64,000 nucleotides of DNA, taken from the NCBI GenBank assembly GCA_016181845.1, contig JACOYO010000004.1, forward strand, positions 15,827 through 79,826. Reading direction: 5' to 3'. The stretch comes from Parcubacteria group bacterium. GTDB taxonomy: Bacteria; Patescibacteriota; Minisyncoccia; Phycocordibacterales; 21-14-all-47-15. The notes beneath the pieces were generated by a model, which did not search any database, was not told the DNA's origin, and was given only the letters and a program-made list of their open reading frames with translations. Made by a program: the position numbers and the translations under genes. The first letter of the stretch is position 1; each line of letters begins with the position of its first letter. Below, in pieces: positions 37,794 through 46,335 of this stretch.

Positions 37794-38387
37794 ATGAAAG
37801 AACAAGGACGAAAGATAGATATTTACGACCCGGATTTTATACCTGGGGTTAATGAGCCACTTCTTGACGGCATGAGTTGTTTTTGTGCCGGTATTCCGTT
37901 TGAAATTGCAAGAGCTTCAAACGGTCACCCTAGAAAAGTTTACTTCCGGGTGATTCCCTACACCACGAATAGTGGTAGAACGCAAATCAAATTTTCTGGG
38001 GGGACAAACAAATCCCCACACGAAAGCCCTCTCAATGTCCTTAGGCGGGAAATCAAAGAGGAATTAGGGGTGGATGGTTTGAAAGCCGAATTAATATATT
38101 CGGCTAAAAAAGTGGATAAAGATGCCCATGTCAAATACTTTTTTTTGCTGAACCATTGGGAGGGATGTTTTTTCCCAAACCAACGGCAAATTAGGGATGA
38201 CCAAGTCGGGCCATCCTCATGGGAAGAACCTATCGTTCTTGAGAAGGTTCTTTTTAGAGGGCATCTTCCAGCACTCTATGCGGCGGTGGGCCATTTGGCA
38301 AAGGACCCGCTGTTGTTCAAATTCTTTGACGAACAAAATTTGTTGGTCAAAGACCCAGCTGTATATGCCCCCGTGTATAGGTATTGA
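37794..38387 (+). CDS. NUDIX-domain orphan protein
   Basis: GGTNKSPHESPLNVLRREIKEELG; own promoter TTGACA(37709)-17-TATTAT and terminator. Confidence 0.7.
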   Translation: MKEQGRKIDIYDPDFIPGVNEPLLDGMSCFCAGIPFEIARASNGHPRKVYFRVIPYTTNSGRTQIKFSGGTNKSPHESPLNVLRREIKEELGVDGLKAELIYSAKKVDKDAHVKYFFLLNHWEGCFFPNQRQIRDDQVGPSSWEEPIVLEKVLFRGHLPALYAAVGHLAKDPLLFKFFDEQNLLVKDPAVYAPVYRY

Positions 38388-38471
38388 AGCATCCAAGCAA
38401 GACCTAATGCGCCACGGAATGATGTCCCGTGGCGTTTTTTTATCCCACTATTCCACAAGGCAAAACCTAAT

Positions 38472-38494
38472 TGTTGGACATCGGATGTCCAACA
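38472..38494. repeat. Family A palindrome upstream of rpmF
   Basis: tgttggacatcggatgtccaaca. Confidence 0.88.
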
Positions 38495-38547
38495 TATGTT
38501 GTAATCGGGTTGCGTATTTTTTCAAAACAGGTTATGATATAAAAACT

Positions 38548-38853
38548 ATGTCAGTACGAATGCGGCACACTAGGGCTCATACCAAAAACCGGCGAGCGCA
38601 CCATGCGCTTGAGATGCCTCGGCTTTCTGCGTGCCAGAAATGCGGCGCGGCACAGTTGCCGCATCATATGTGCGGAAATTGCGGGTATTACCGCGGGCGG
38701 CAGGTTATTGACATGGCGGCAAAAACAGCGACGCGGGCAAAGCGTCGGCAGGAAAAGCTAAAGTCGTTTGGAGAAATAAAGAAAAAAGAAGAAGATGGTG
38801 GAAAAGAAAATGCTCTTTCGGCTGAAACATTGTCGGCAAAGAAGAAAAAATAG
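38548..38853 (+). CDS. rpmF: 50S ribosomal protein L32 with C-terminal extension
   Basis: MSVRMRHTRAHTKNRRAH, CQKC, HHMCGNCGYYRG. Confidence 0.92.
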   Translation: MSVRMRHTRAHTKNRRAHHALEMPRLSACQKCGAAQLPHHMCGNCGYYRGRQVIDMAAKTATRAKRRQEKLKSFGEIKKKEEDGGKENALSAETLSAKKKK

Positions 38854-38954
38854 GGCAGTATAGTATATTGTTCTTTTGATATTTATTGTGGGATGGAAAT
38901 AGTAAACTAGCCGGGGTGGTTCATGGTTCATAATTTTTATTTCATAATATCACA

Positions 38955-39033
38955 CGCGAATCATACAAAGCATGATTCGCGCTCACTCTGAAAAGAAAAT
39001 TGATATTTTCTTTTCACTCGTTCATTTAATTAT
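38955..39033 (+). repeat. Family G two-hairpin element upstream of nusB
   Basis: cgcgaatcat..atgattcgcg-ctcactc-tgaaaagaaaat..attttcttttca-ctcgttcatttaattat. Confidence 0.65.
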
Positions 39034-39952
39034 GGCAAACAGGCACCTTTCACGAAGTATCGTCATGCAATCGCTCTTTGAGTGGGATTTCCGCAATGCG
39101 TCAAAAAAAGAACTTGAGACGATTTTAGAGAAAAACATAAACGAATTCGGCCCCGGACTTGGGGATGATGTGTTTATGCAAACCCTGTTGCACGGGGTTA
39201 TTTCAAAACAGAAAGAAATAAACCGTATCATAGAGAAAGCGGCGCCGGAGTGGCCGATTGATAAAATTTCAATTGTTGACCGAAACATCTTGCGCATCGG
39301 ACTCTACGAACTGCTCTTTGGCGACAGAAAAGAAGTACCCCCAAAAGTCTCTATCAATGAAGCGATTGAGCTTGCAAAAACTTTCGGCGGAGAAACGAGC
39401 GGGAAATTTGTAAACGGCGTGCTTGGCGCTGTCTACAAAGAGATAGGCGAACCGGGGAAAGAAGAACAATCAAAACATAAAAACAATAATCATCACAAAG
39501 AGCCGGTTGATATTTCAAAACTTCCAATTGAGAAATTGGGAGGAGCGGTGGCATACGCGCGGGACGAAAATAATATTATTCATTTGGCGCTGGTGCACGA
39601 TGTGTTCGGCTACTGGACTCTATCAAAAGGGCATATAGAAGCGGGGGAAACGCTTGAAGAAGGCACCAAGCGTGAAATCAAAGAAGAAACCGGGCTCACG
39701 ATTTCCATTGAAAAAGATTTGGGAAGCAATGAATACATCGCTTCCGACCCAGAAAAAGGCAAAATCAGAAAACAAGTTTCCTATTTTCTCGCGTCGTCTC
39801 CGTTTGTTGAAGTGAAGTTAGAAAAAACGGGCGGCGGACTTGATGACGTGCGCTGGTTTTCGCTTGAAGAAATACCGGAGCTTCGCATTTACGACGATAT
39901 CATTCCTATTATTACCAAAGGAATTAATCTGCTCATGAAACATAGAGAATAA
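39032..39952 (+). CDS. nusB: NusB fused to a C-terminal NUDIX domain
   Basis: DRNILRIG, INEAIELAK.FG, FVNGVLG; KGHIEAGETLEEGTKREIKEETG. Confidence 0.92.
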   Translation: MANRHLSRSIVMQSLFEWDFRNASKKELETILEKNINEFGPGLGDDVFMQTLLHGVISKQKEINRIIEKAAPEWPIDKISIVDRNILRIGLYELLFGDRKEVPPKVSINEAIELAKTFGGETSGKFVNGVLGAVYKEIGEPGKEEQSKHKNNNHHKEPVDISKLPIEKLGGAVAYARDENNIIHLALVHDVFGYWTLSKGHIEAGETLEEGTKREIKEETGLTISIEKDLGSNEYIASDPEKGKIRKQVSYFLASSPFVEVKLEKTGGGLDDVRWFSLEEIPELRIYDDIIPIITKGINLLMKHRE

Positions 39953-39964
39953 AACATCTGTAAT

Positions 39965-40663
39965 ATGAAAAACTTTTCAAAGATTGAACAAAAAATTAAT
40001 ATCACTTTTAAAAACAAAGATTTATTACAGCAGGCATTTACGCATCGTTCGTATATCAACGAATATCGCGGCAAAAAACTTGAGCACAATGAGCGACTTG
40101 AGTTTTTGGGCGATGCAGTGCTTGAATTGGCTGTAACGGAATATCTGTACGCAAAATATCCAAAGAGGCCTGAAGGGGACCTGACCTCTTTCCGCGCGGC
40201 GCTCGTGAACACAAACACGCTTTCGCAGGTTGCTTCGGAGTTGAACTTCAATGAATTTCTCCTGCTTTCAAAAGGCGAAGCAAAAGACGTCGGTAGGGCG
40301 CGACAGTATATTCTCGCAAACACTTTTGAAGCGTTTACGGGCGCTTTATATCTTGACCAAGGATATGACGCGGCTCAAAAATTTATCGGCGCGCATCTTT
40401 TTCCATTGATTGACGATATTGTGTCAAATCGGCTCTGGCAAGACAGCAAAAGTTATTTCCAAGAACAGGCGCAGGAATATGTGAACATCACGCCCGAATA
40501 TCATGTCTTGCGGGAGGAAGGTCCAGACCACGATAAGCATTTCACTATCGGCGTATATCTGGGCGAAGAACTCGTCGCGGAAGGAGAAGGCAAATCAAAA
40601 CAGGAAGCGGAACAGGGCGCCGCCGAAGAAGCGCTCCGCAAAAAGGAGTGGGGGAAGAAATAA
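39965..40663 (+). CDS. rnc: Ribonuclease III
   Basis: THRSY, NERLEFLGDAVL, dsRBD GPDH...GKSKQEAEQ. Confidence 0.96.
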   Translation: MKNFSKIEQKINITFKNKDLLQQAFTHRSYINEYRGKKLEHNERLEFLGDAVLELAVTEYLYAKYPKRPEGDLTSFRAALVNTNTLSQVASELNFNEFLLLSKGEAKDVGRARQYILANTFEAFTGALYLDQGYDAAQKFIGAHLFPLIDDIVSNRLWQDSKSYFQEQAQEYVNITPEYHVLREEGPDHDKHFTIGVYLGEELVAEGEGKSKQEAEQGAAEEALRKKEWGKK

Positions 40664-40683
40664 TCATCTTATACTATCTTGAG

Positions 40684-40822
40684 TTACAAAACTCTACTTC
40701 ATCATGAATTTTTGATAGACGCGCATAATCCTGCTTGCGAGCAGGATTTGCTATGCTCGTTTTGCTTGAGAGCAAAACTCCGCAATGTCTCTCAAAAACT
40801 ATGATTTCATCGAGTTTTGTAA
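40684..40822. repeat. Family C structured element, copy 2
   Basis: Same scaffold as 36818-36945 with different internal hairpins. Confidence 0.88.
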
Positions 40823-40839
40823 TTTAATATATCACATCA

Positions 40840-43080
40840 ATGCACCTCAAGCGTTTGGAATTAAACGGCTTTAAATCTTTCAACAAAAAAACGGAGCTTG
40901 TTTTTGACGCGCCTATTTCGGCGATTGTGGGACCGAACGGCTCCGGTAAATCAAATGTCGCAGAGGCGATGCGGTTTGTGCTGGGAGAGCAGTCTATCAA
41001 ATCAATGCGCGGCAAACGCGGAGAAGACCTCATCTTCAACGGTTCTGCCGGAGCGTCGCGTATGGGCAAGGCGTCGGTCGCAATCATTTTTGACAACAGT
41101 AAGCGTGAGTTCAACGTTGATTTTGATGAAGTGGATATCGCGCGCGTGGTGCATCGCGACGGAGTGAACCAATATTTTATAAACAAAAGCCAGGTGCGGC
41201 TGAAAGACGTGATAGAAATTCTTTCGGCGGTGCATATCGGCGCTTCAGGACATCATATCATTTCACAAGGCGAAGCAGACCGTATTTTGAGCGCGTCTGC
41301 CAAAGACCGGCGAGTAATGATTGAAGACGCGCTTGGATTAAAAATTTATCAATATAAAAAAGCCGAGAGCGAGCGCAAACTTGAAAAGACCGCGGAGAAT
41401 ATAAAAGAAGCCGAATCGCTCCGTCGCGAGATTGCGCCGCATATTAAATTTTTGCAAAAACAAGTAGAAAAAATAGAACAGGCGCGAACGCTCCGCGAAG
41501 AATTAAGCCGCGAATACCGCGCGTATTTCAAACGTGAAGCGTTTCATTTGTCGCATGTAAAACAAGCGCTCGCGAATGAAAAAACACCGCTCGCGGATGA
41601 AATCAAAACTCTTGAAAAATCGCTTGAACACGCGCGCGAAAAAGCTGCCGAGGGCAAAGATGCCGCCGCTATCAACCGCCTCGTATTTCTTGAAGGCGAA
41701 TTGGCGCGCGCGAATGAGGAAAAAGATATGCTTTCGCGCAAGCTTGGGCGGCTGGAGGGAATGATTGAATATGCGGAAAAAATGCGCGCGAAAGAAACAC
41801 GCGCGCGAGAAGGAGCAGTCATTTCTTTGAACTCTGTAAAATCTTTGTATGAGGAGATAGCCGCGCCGCTTGCTGAGGCCGGAGCTTCTTCCGATATTGA
41901 ACATATTCGCGGGTTTCTAAAAAAAATAAAAGACTCGTTTGCTTCTTTTTTTGCTCGGGAAGAAGGTCAGCACAATATAGCCGATGGTGAAGAGGAAGAT
42001 AGCGCAGTTCGGCTTAAAGAAAAAGACGCGCTGGTAAAAGATATAGCTAAAGAGGAGGGTGTTATCGCTGGGCTTGTGTCTGAACACGCGCGCCTGAAAA
42101 AAGAAATTGAATCAAAAGAAACGCTCTCGCGCGATGCCGAACGAAAAGTATTTGAATATTTGAGCGCGCTTGGCGAAAAACGAATGTCACTGCAGGCGCT
42201 TGCGGGCAAAGAAGAAACGTTGTCGCTTGAAGAAGAAGATTTCAAGCGCGAGCTTGGAGAGGCGGGCGCCCTTTTGGGGAGGGCGATTGTGGCGTATGAG
42301 CACGAGCAGATTGATACTTCTGAAATGACTGGCGAAGACCGCACGCTTCAGAAAGAACGCCGCAAACATATAGAAAAAATGAAAGTCCGCGTGGAAGATA
42401 TGGGCGGAAGCTCCGGTGAAGACATAATGAAAGAATACACGGAAACGAGCGAACGCGACCAATATCTTATGCGTGAGCTTTCCGACTTGCACACGAGCAG
42501 TGAATCGCTTCGGCACTTGATAGACGACCTGTCGCAACAAATAGACGAAAAATTTAAAACCGGTATTACAAAAATAAATGCCCAATTTCAGGAATTTTTT
42601 GCGCTCATGTTTGGTGGCGGCAGAGCGGCGCTCTCTCTAGTAATAGAAAAAAAGAAAAAAAATATTGATGAGAGCCTTGATATTGACGACGTGAGCGCGC
42701 TTGAGTTTGAAGAAGAAAAAGAAGAAGCGGGCATTGATATCGCAGTCAGCTTGCCGCACAAAAAAATCAAAGGCCTGCAAATGCTTTCGGGCGGGGAACG
42801 CGCGCTCACTTCCATCGCGCTTCTTTTTGCTGTGTCTCAAGTAAATCCGCCGCCGTTTCTGGTGCTTGATGAGACCGATGCCGCGCTCGATGAAGCAAAC
42901 TCGCGTAAATACGGCGACATGCTGGAAAATCTAGCGAAGTATTCCCAGCTTATCGTGATAACACACAATCGCGAGACGATGTCCCGCGCGGGGATTCTCT
43001 ACGGTGTTACGATGGGTTCGGACGCCACATCAAAACTGCTTTCAATCAAATTTGACGAGGCGGTGCAAATTGCCAAATAG
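40840..43080 (+). CDS. smc: Short SMC-family ATPase
   Basis: GFKSF, GPNGSGKSN, LSGGE, LDETDAALD, ITH; only 746 aa. Confidence 0.9.
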   Translation: MHLKRLELNGFKSFNKKTELVFDAPISAIVGPNGSGKSNVAEAMRFVLGEQSIKSMRGKRGEDLIFNGSAGASRMGKASVAIIFDNSKREFNVDFDEVDIARVVHRDGVNQYFINKSQVRLKDVIEILSAVHIGASGHHIISQGEADRILSASAKDRRVMIEDALGLKIYQYKKAESERKLEKTAENIKEAESLRREIAPHIKFLQKQVEKIEQARTLREELSREYRAYFKREAFHLSHVKQALANEKTPLADEIKTLEKSLEHAREKAAEGKDAAAINRLVFLEGELARANEEKDMLSRKLGRLEGMIEYAEKMRAKETRAREGAVISLNSVKSLYEEIAAPLAEAGASSDIEHIRGFLKKIKDSFASFFAREEGQHNIADGEEEDSAVRLKEKDALVKDIAKEEGVIAGLVSEHARLKKEIESKETLSRDAERKVFEYLSALGEKRMSLQALAGKEETLSLEEEDFKRELGEAGALLGRAIVAYEHEQIDTSEMTGEDRTLQKERRKHIEKMKVRVEDMGGSSGEDIMKEYTETSERDQYLMRELSDLHTSSESLRHLIDDLSQQIDEKFKTGITKINAQFQEFFALMFGGGRAALSLVIEKKKKNIDESLDIDDVSALEFEEEKEEAGIDIAVSLPHKKIKGLQMLSGGERALTSIALLFAVSQVNPPPFLVLDETDAALDEANSRKYGDMLENLAKYSQLIVITHNRETMSRAGILYGVTMGSDATSKLLSIKFDEAVQIAK

Positions 43081-43123
43081 CAGAAATAACAAAAAAACCC
43101 GATGAAATTTTTTCCATCGGGTT

Positions 43124-43699
43124 TTACGATAGCGGATGCGTTTCCTCCCACGCCGTCTTGGCAATTATAGTTGCCCAGGCGGGGTCATGGAGAGCGAATG
43201 AATGTTCAGTGATGGCGTCTGTCTGATGACAGCCGACATCGTGCTGGAGGTAGCGCGAATCATTGCCCGTGTACCCTTTCTTTCCTTGGTCTCCCCAAAA
43301 ATGAAAGGGAATCCATTTCGCCCAGGAGACCACCTCATCGCACGCATTGTAAAAAATATGAATCCATTTCACTTGCGGCGCTATCACTTTGTCGGCATCA
43401 AGCGCCGGGTCAATCAAGATTGCTCCGGTAAATACCGCGCCATGTTCGGCGATGAGCCATGCCAATGCCGCGCCGTTGGAATGACCGATGATGATATCAT
43501 CCGGCTCAATTTGCTTGGCGATGCGCCGCGTGATGAATGGGTTGCGGAGCCATGCGGTCCCAAACACAATAGGGAAGCCGTACGGATGAGCGACGATTTC
43601 TTTTTCATCAAAGCCAGCTTTTTTTAGTTTTTCTGCGATGAGCCCCATGCTTTTTTGAGTGCCTAACGTGTTGATACCGGAAAGCAAGTGTACTTTCAC
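43124..43699 (-). CDS. Alpha/beta hydrolase-like orphan
   Basis: GHSNG nucleophile elbow, D and C-terminal HS; GGAGG RBS. Confidence 0.7.
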   Translation of the reverse strand: MKVHLLSGINTLGTQKSMGLIAEKLKKAGFDEKEIVAHPYGFPIVFGTAWLRNPFITRRIAKQIEPDDIIIGHSNGAALAWLIAEHGAVFTGAILIDPALDADKVIAPQVKWIHIFYNACDEVVSWAKWIPFHFWGDQGKKGYTGNDSRYLQHDVGCHQTDAITEHSFALHDPAWATIIAKTAWEETHPLS

Positions 43700-43840
43700 G
43701 ATATACCACCTCCTTCGTTTTTAAATTTTCAACGATGTTGAAAAATCTTTTTTAACCATATCTTATTTTTAATAAAAGTCAATATTTTCATCAAAAAAGC
43801 TAGATTTTTAACTAAAATCTGTGGTATGATTTTTTTAACT

Positions 43841-43906
43841 GGCCCTATCGTCCCCGCCCAGGGCGGGCAGGTAACGGTTAGGACATCGGCTTTTCAAGCC
43901 GGTAAT
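43841..43906 (+). pseudogene. 5' part of tRNA-Glu(TTC) with 19-nt hairpin insertion in the D-arm; no T-arm or 3' acceptor strand
   Basis: ggccctatcgtc[cccgcccagggcgggcagg]taacggttaggac-atcggc-ttttcaa-gccggt. Confidence 0.75.
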
Positions 43907-43916
43907 AGTAATATAT

Positions 43917-43988
43917 GGCCCTATCGTCTAACGGTTAGGACACCGCCTTCTCAAGGCGGGAATCAGAGTTCGATTCTCTGTAGGGTCA
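43917..43988 (+). tRNA. tRNA-Glu(CTC)
   Basis: GGCCCTATCGTCTAACGGTTAGGAC, anticodon loop TTCTCAA, GTTCGATTC. Confidence 0.93.
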
Positions 43989-44087
43989 AAAATTGCGTAA
44001 AGCAGGTAAACTGCTTTACCTGCGGGCAATTTTTGAAGCCGTAGCCATGTCGCTCAATTTTGTCGCCACTCCTCCCATCGTCTCATT

Positions 44088-44453
44088 AACGCAAAAGGAT
44101 TAAGGCATTTAAAATTTAAAACAGATAAACAAGCACGACCGAGTCACGATCAATATACTAGATTAAAACTGCTCCATCTTGCACCGCAGATTCTAAAAGA
44201 ATCGCACACCCTTCAGGGGGTTTGGAAAACCAAACAGTTTGAAATACAAAAAACAAACAATCGCTGGGAACGAATTATGAAAGAAGTCATTTTTTATGAA
44301 TTCATTGCTGTTGTAGATACTATTCGTGCAAAAGTTATTGTAAAACAAATCTGCGGCGGGGAAAAGCATTTTTGGAGTGTGATACCTTATTGGGGAATAA
44401 ACAAAAATAACAGTAAAAGAATTTTACATAGTGGCAATCCTACAGATGATTAA
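44088..44453 (+). pseudogene. 5'-truncated RelE/PBECR-like nuclease ORF, missed by the ORF track
   Basis: Open frame NAKGLRHLKFK...DQYTRLKLL...KVIVKQ...HFWSVIPYW...DD*; no upstream start (TGA at 44034). Confidence 0.55.
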
Positions 44454-44456
44454 ACT

Positions 44457-44579
44457 AAAAAACACCGCACAAAGGCGGTATTTTTTAGAGGTGCTTGGGT
44501 ACAGCTTGGATAGCCGTGACAGGGCCAAGGCCCTCCAAACACCAGTTTCAACATATCATACTTGGAGCTGAAAAGCCAA
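44457..44579 (-). ncRNA. Candidate small structured RNA convergent on the nuclease-like ORF
   Basis: TTGGCT-18-(TG)TATGTT promoter; closing stem ggtgtttgg/ccaagcacc enclosing two hairpins; terminator accgc..gcggt-T run. Confidence 0.5.
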
Positions 44580-44657
44580 TGGATTGTGTGGGTAAGTTTC
44601 AGAATTAATTGCAACACTTGATTTAGCAATTAAACTGGTCAATATGCGCGTTTCTAT

Positions 44658-45026
44658 TTAGAATTTATTCACGAATGGGAAATAGGTGTGCAAGACGTCC
44701 CATGTCATGCTGACGGTGTAAAATGCCGGATTGGTGATGACGCAGTTTGTTCGGTAAAAAGCCGGACAAAAATCAAAGTGACCTTTTCCGTCAGTAATGA
44801 CTGTTTTTTGCGTAATGACCGGCAGTTTGTTTTTCTCTGAAGATGAGTTTTCTAGTGCTCGAGCGCGGTCTTTTTGGTAGTCCGCGTCGTTGAAACAGGC
44901 AATCAACACCCCTTCGTTGTAACTCGGGTGGTCCGGAGCGTTGCACACCGTCGGATATGATGCCGCCGATGCGATGCCCGCGCTAGCGCTAAAAAATAAC
45001 GCGACTAAAAATAAGATTTTTTTCAT
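44658..45026 (-). CDS. Small secreted Cys-containing protein
   Basis: Signal peptide MKKILFLVALFFSASAGIASA. Confidence 0.7.
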   Translation of the reverse strand: MKKILFLVALFFSASAGIASAASYPTVCNAPDHPSYNEGVLIACFNDADYQKDRARALENSSSEKNKLPVITQKTVITDGKGHFDFCPAFYRTNCVITNPAFYTVSMTWDVLHTYFPFVNKF

Positions 45027-45135
45027 ATAGTATACTGACTATTTTGATTGATAGTTTTTAATATCTCTTTTTTAATGAGTATCGACCTTCTGATAAATAG
45101 TTTTTAGGATTTACAACTTAAAAAAATGAAAACAA

Positions 45136-45231
45136 AAAGCCCACCACGGGTCTCCGCCGAAGCGGACATACCGGTTTCCCGGTATGGCCAGTGAAGCAAC
45201 CCCATGATGGGTTTTCTATGCTTCACTGGTC
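45136..45231 (-). ncRNA. Structured leader/antisense-type RNA candidate
   Basis: Stem cccatcatggg/cccgtggtggg enclosing GAAA- and TTCG-loop hairpins; tgcttcactgg is complementary to upstream ccagtgaagca. Confidence 0.5.
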
Positions 45232-45429
45232 TTTTTTCACCATGCCCGACAAAAAATTGTCTTGCCGAGTTTAGGCTACTTTTTGATTAAATTGTATTTC
45301 CTATAATTTTATAGTAGCATCAAAGGCAATGTTCGTCTACTCAATCAAGTTTCCTGTTCTGGACCAATGATAAAAATGAAAAACAAAGGGTAGCCCTTTG
45401 TTTTTCCGTATACTGGAGTAAATAAAAAC

Positions 45430-46059
45430 ATGAGAATTACAGAACTTCCAACTATGGATCGTAAAGTCGTTAAGGATCTGAAAATTGCACTTAAGGATTT
45501 TGAACGGCTGGTAAAAAACCCTCAATTCCTCTGGAATGGGCGAGAGTTTACGAATTTTAGTTTGCGACCACGCGAAGCATGGGCTAATTGGCTTGTATGT
45601 GTTGTTTTGCGCAAAATACACGGGAGGGATATTAGCTTTATGGAGGATAACGAGGGGGACGGATTTATTGTTGATAGAGAGCTGGGACTTGCTTTTCAAA
45701 CGGAGCACGTATCAGCACTTAACGTTCCGAAAGGAAAGCAACTGCCTGATGGAGAGCAACGAGTGCTGGACGCTATAAATCTAAAAATTGCACGGGGCCG
45801 CGACTATGCACACGAAAAGCTACTTGTCGTTTTCTTCGATGGTGCCGGTCAGTTCTTCAGGAGCAAAATCCGCGAGAATATCTTTGGACGACACGATTTC
45901 GAAGCGGTGTTTTGTGTTGGTCTATTGGATTCGGGTCCGAATGGTTATTCCTATTCGATTACTGAATTTAGAGATTCCTTCGGTCATCAATCCGTAACCC
46001 ATAAAGTGGAAATAGACATAGATTTTAGTGATTGGAAAATAACGCAAATCATGCAGTAA
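45430..46059 (+). CDS. Hypothetical protein, possible PD-(D/E)xK-like nuclease fold
   Basis: GDGFIVD...QTEHV, LVVFFDG. Confidence 0.55.
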   Translation: MRITELPTMDRKVVKDLKIALKDFERLVKNPQFLWNGREFTNFSLRPREAWANWLVCVVLRKIHGRDISFMEDNEGDGFIVDRELGLAFQTEHVSALNVPKGKQLPDGEQRVLDAINLKIARGRDYAHEKLLVVFFDGAGQFFRSKIRENIFGRHDFEAVFCVGLLDSGPNGYSYSITEFRDSFGHQSVTHKVEIDIDFSDWKITQIMQ

Positions 46060-46267
46060 AAACAATGTCTGACCCAAAAAACCAACATATCATTCCCGTT
46101 CTGGGCACTGACTTATAATGATCAAGGAGAATATTTTGTATTGCACAAACTCTACCCTGAGTATTGCCACATACTCATGGCGCTTGACTATGGTTTAGCA
46201 CGATTTCGAGGTGATATTTAACTTTCTCTATGGGCGAAGAAGATAAAATTATACTCAACGAGGGAGG

Positions 46268-46290
46268 TTACATAGGTCTGACCTATGTAA
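46268..46290. repeat. Odd-length palindrome ttacataggtc-t-gacctatgtaa, REP-like
   Basis: Perfect 11-bp arms with 1-nt centre; same GTC-N-GAC core as family A. Confidence 0.6.
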
Positions 46291-46335
46291 GCGGGACGCG
46301 GTTCTACGTATATGCTGTTATGGTAGAATTATACA

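Noticed and set aside
38197-38547. Long N-terminal extensions on L32, AspRS, FtsW, GyrB and NusB in the ORF track
   Set aside because: Upstream in-frame starts run through intergenic repeats or other genes; internal ATGs match the family N-termini.
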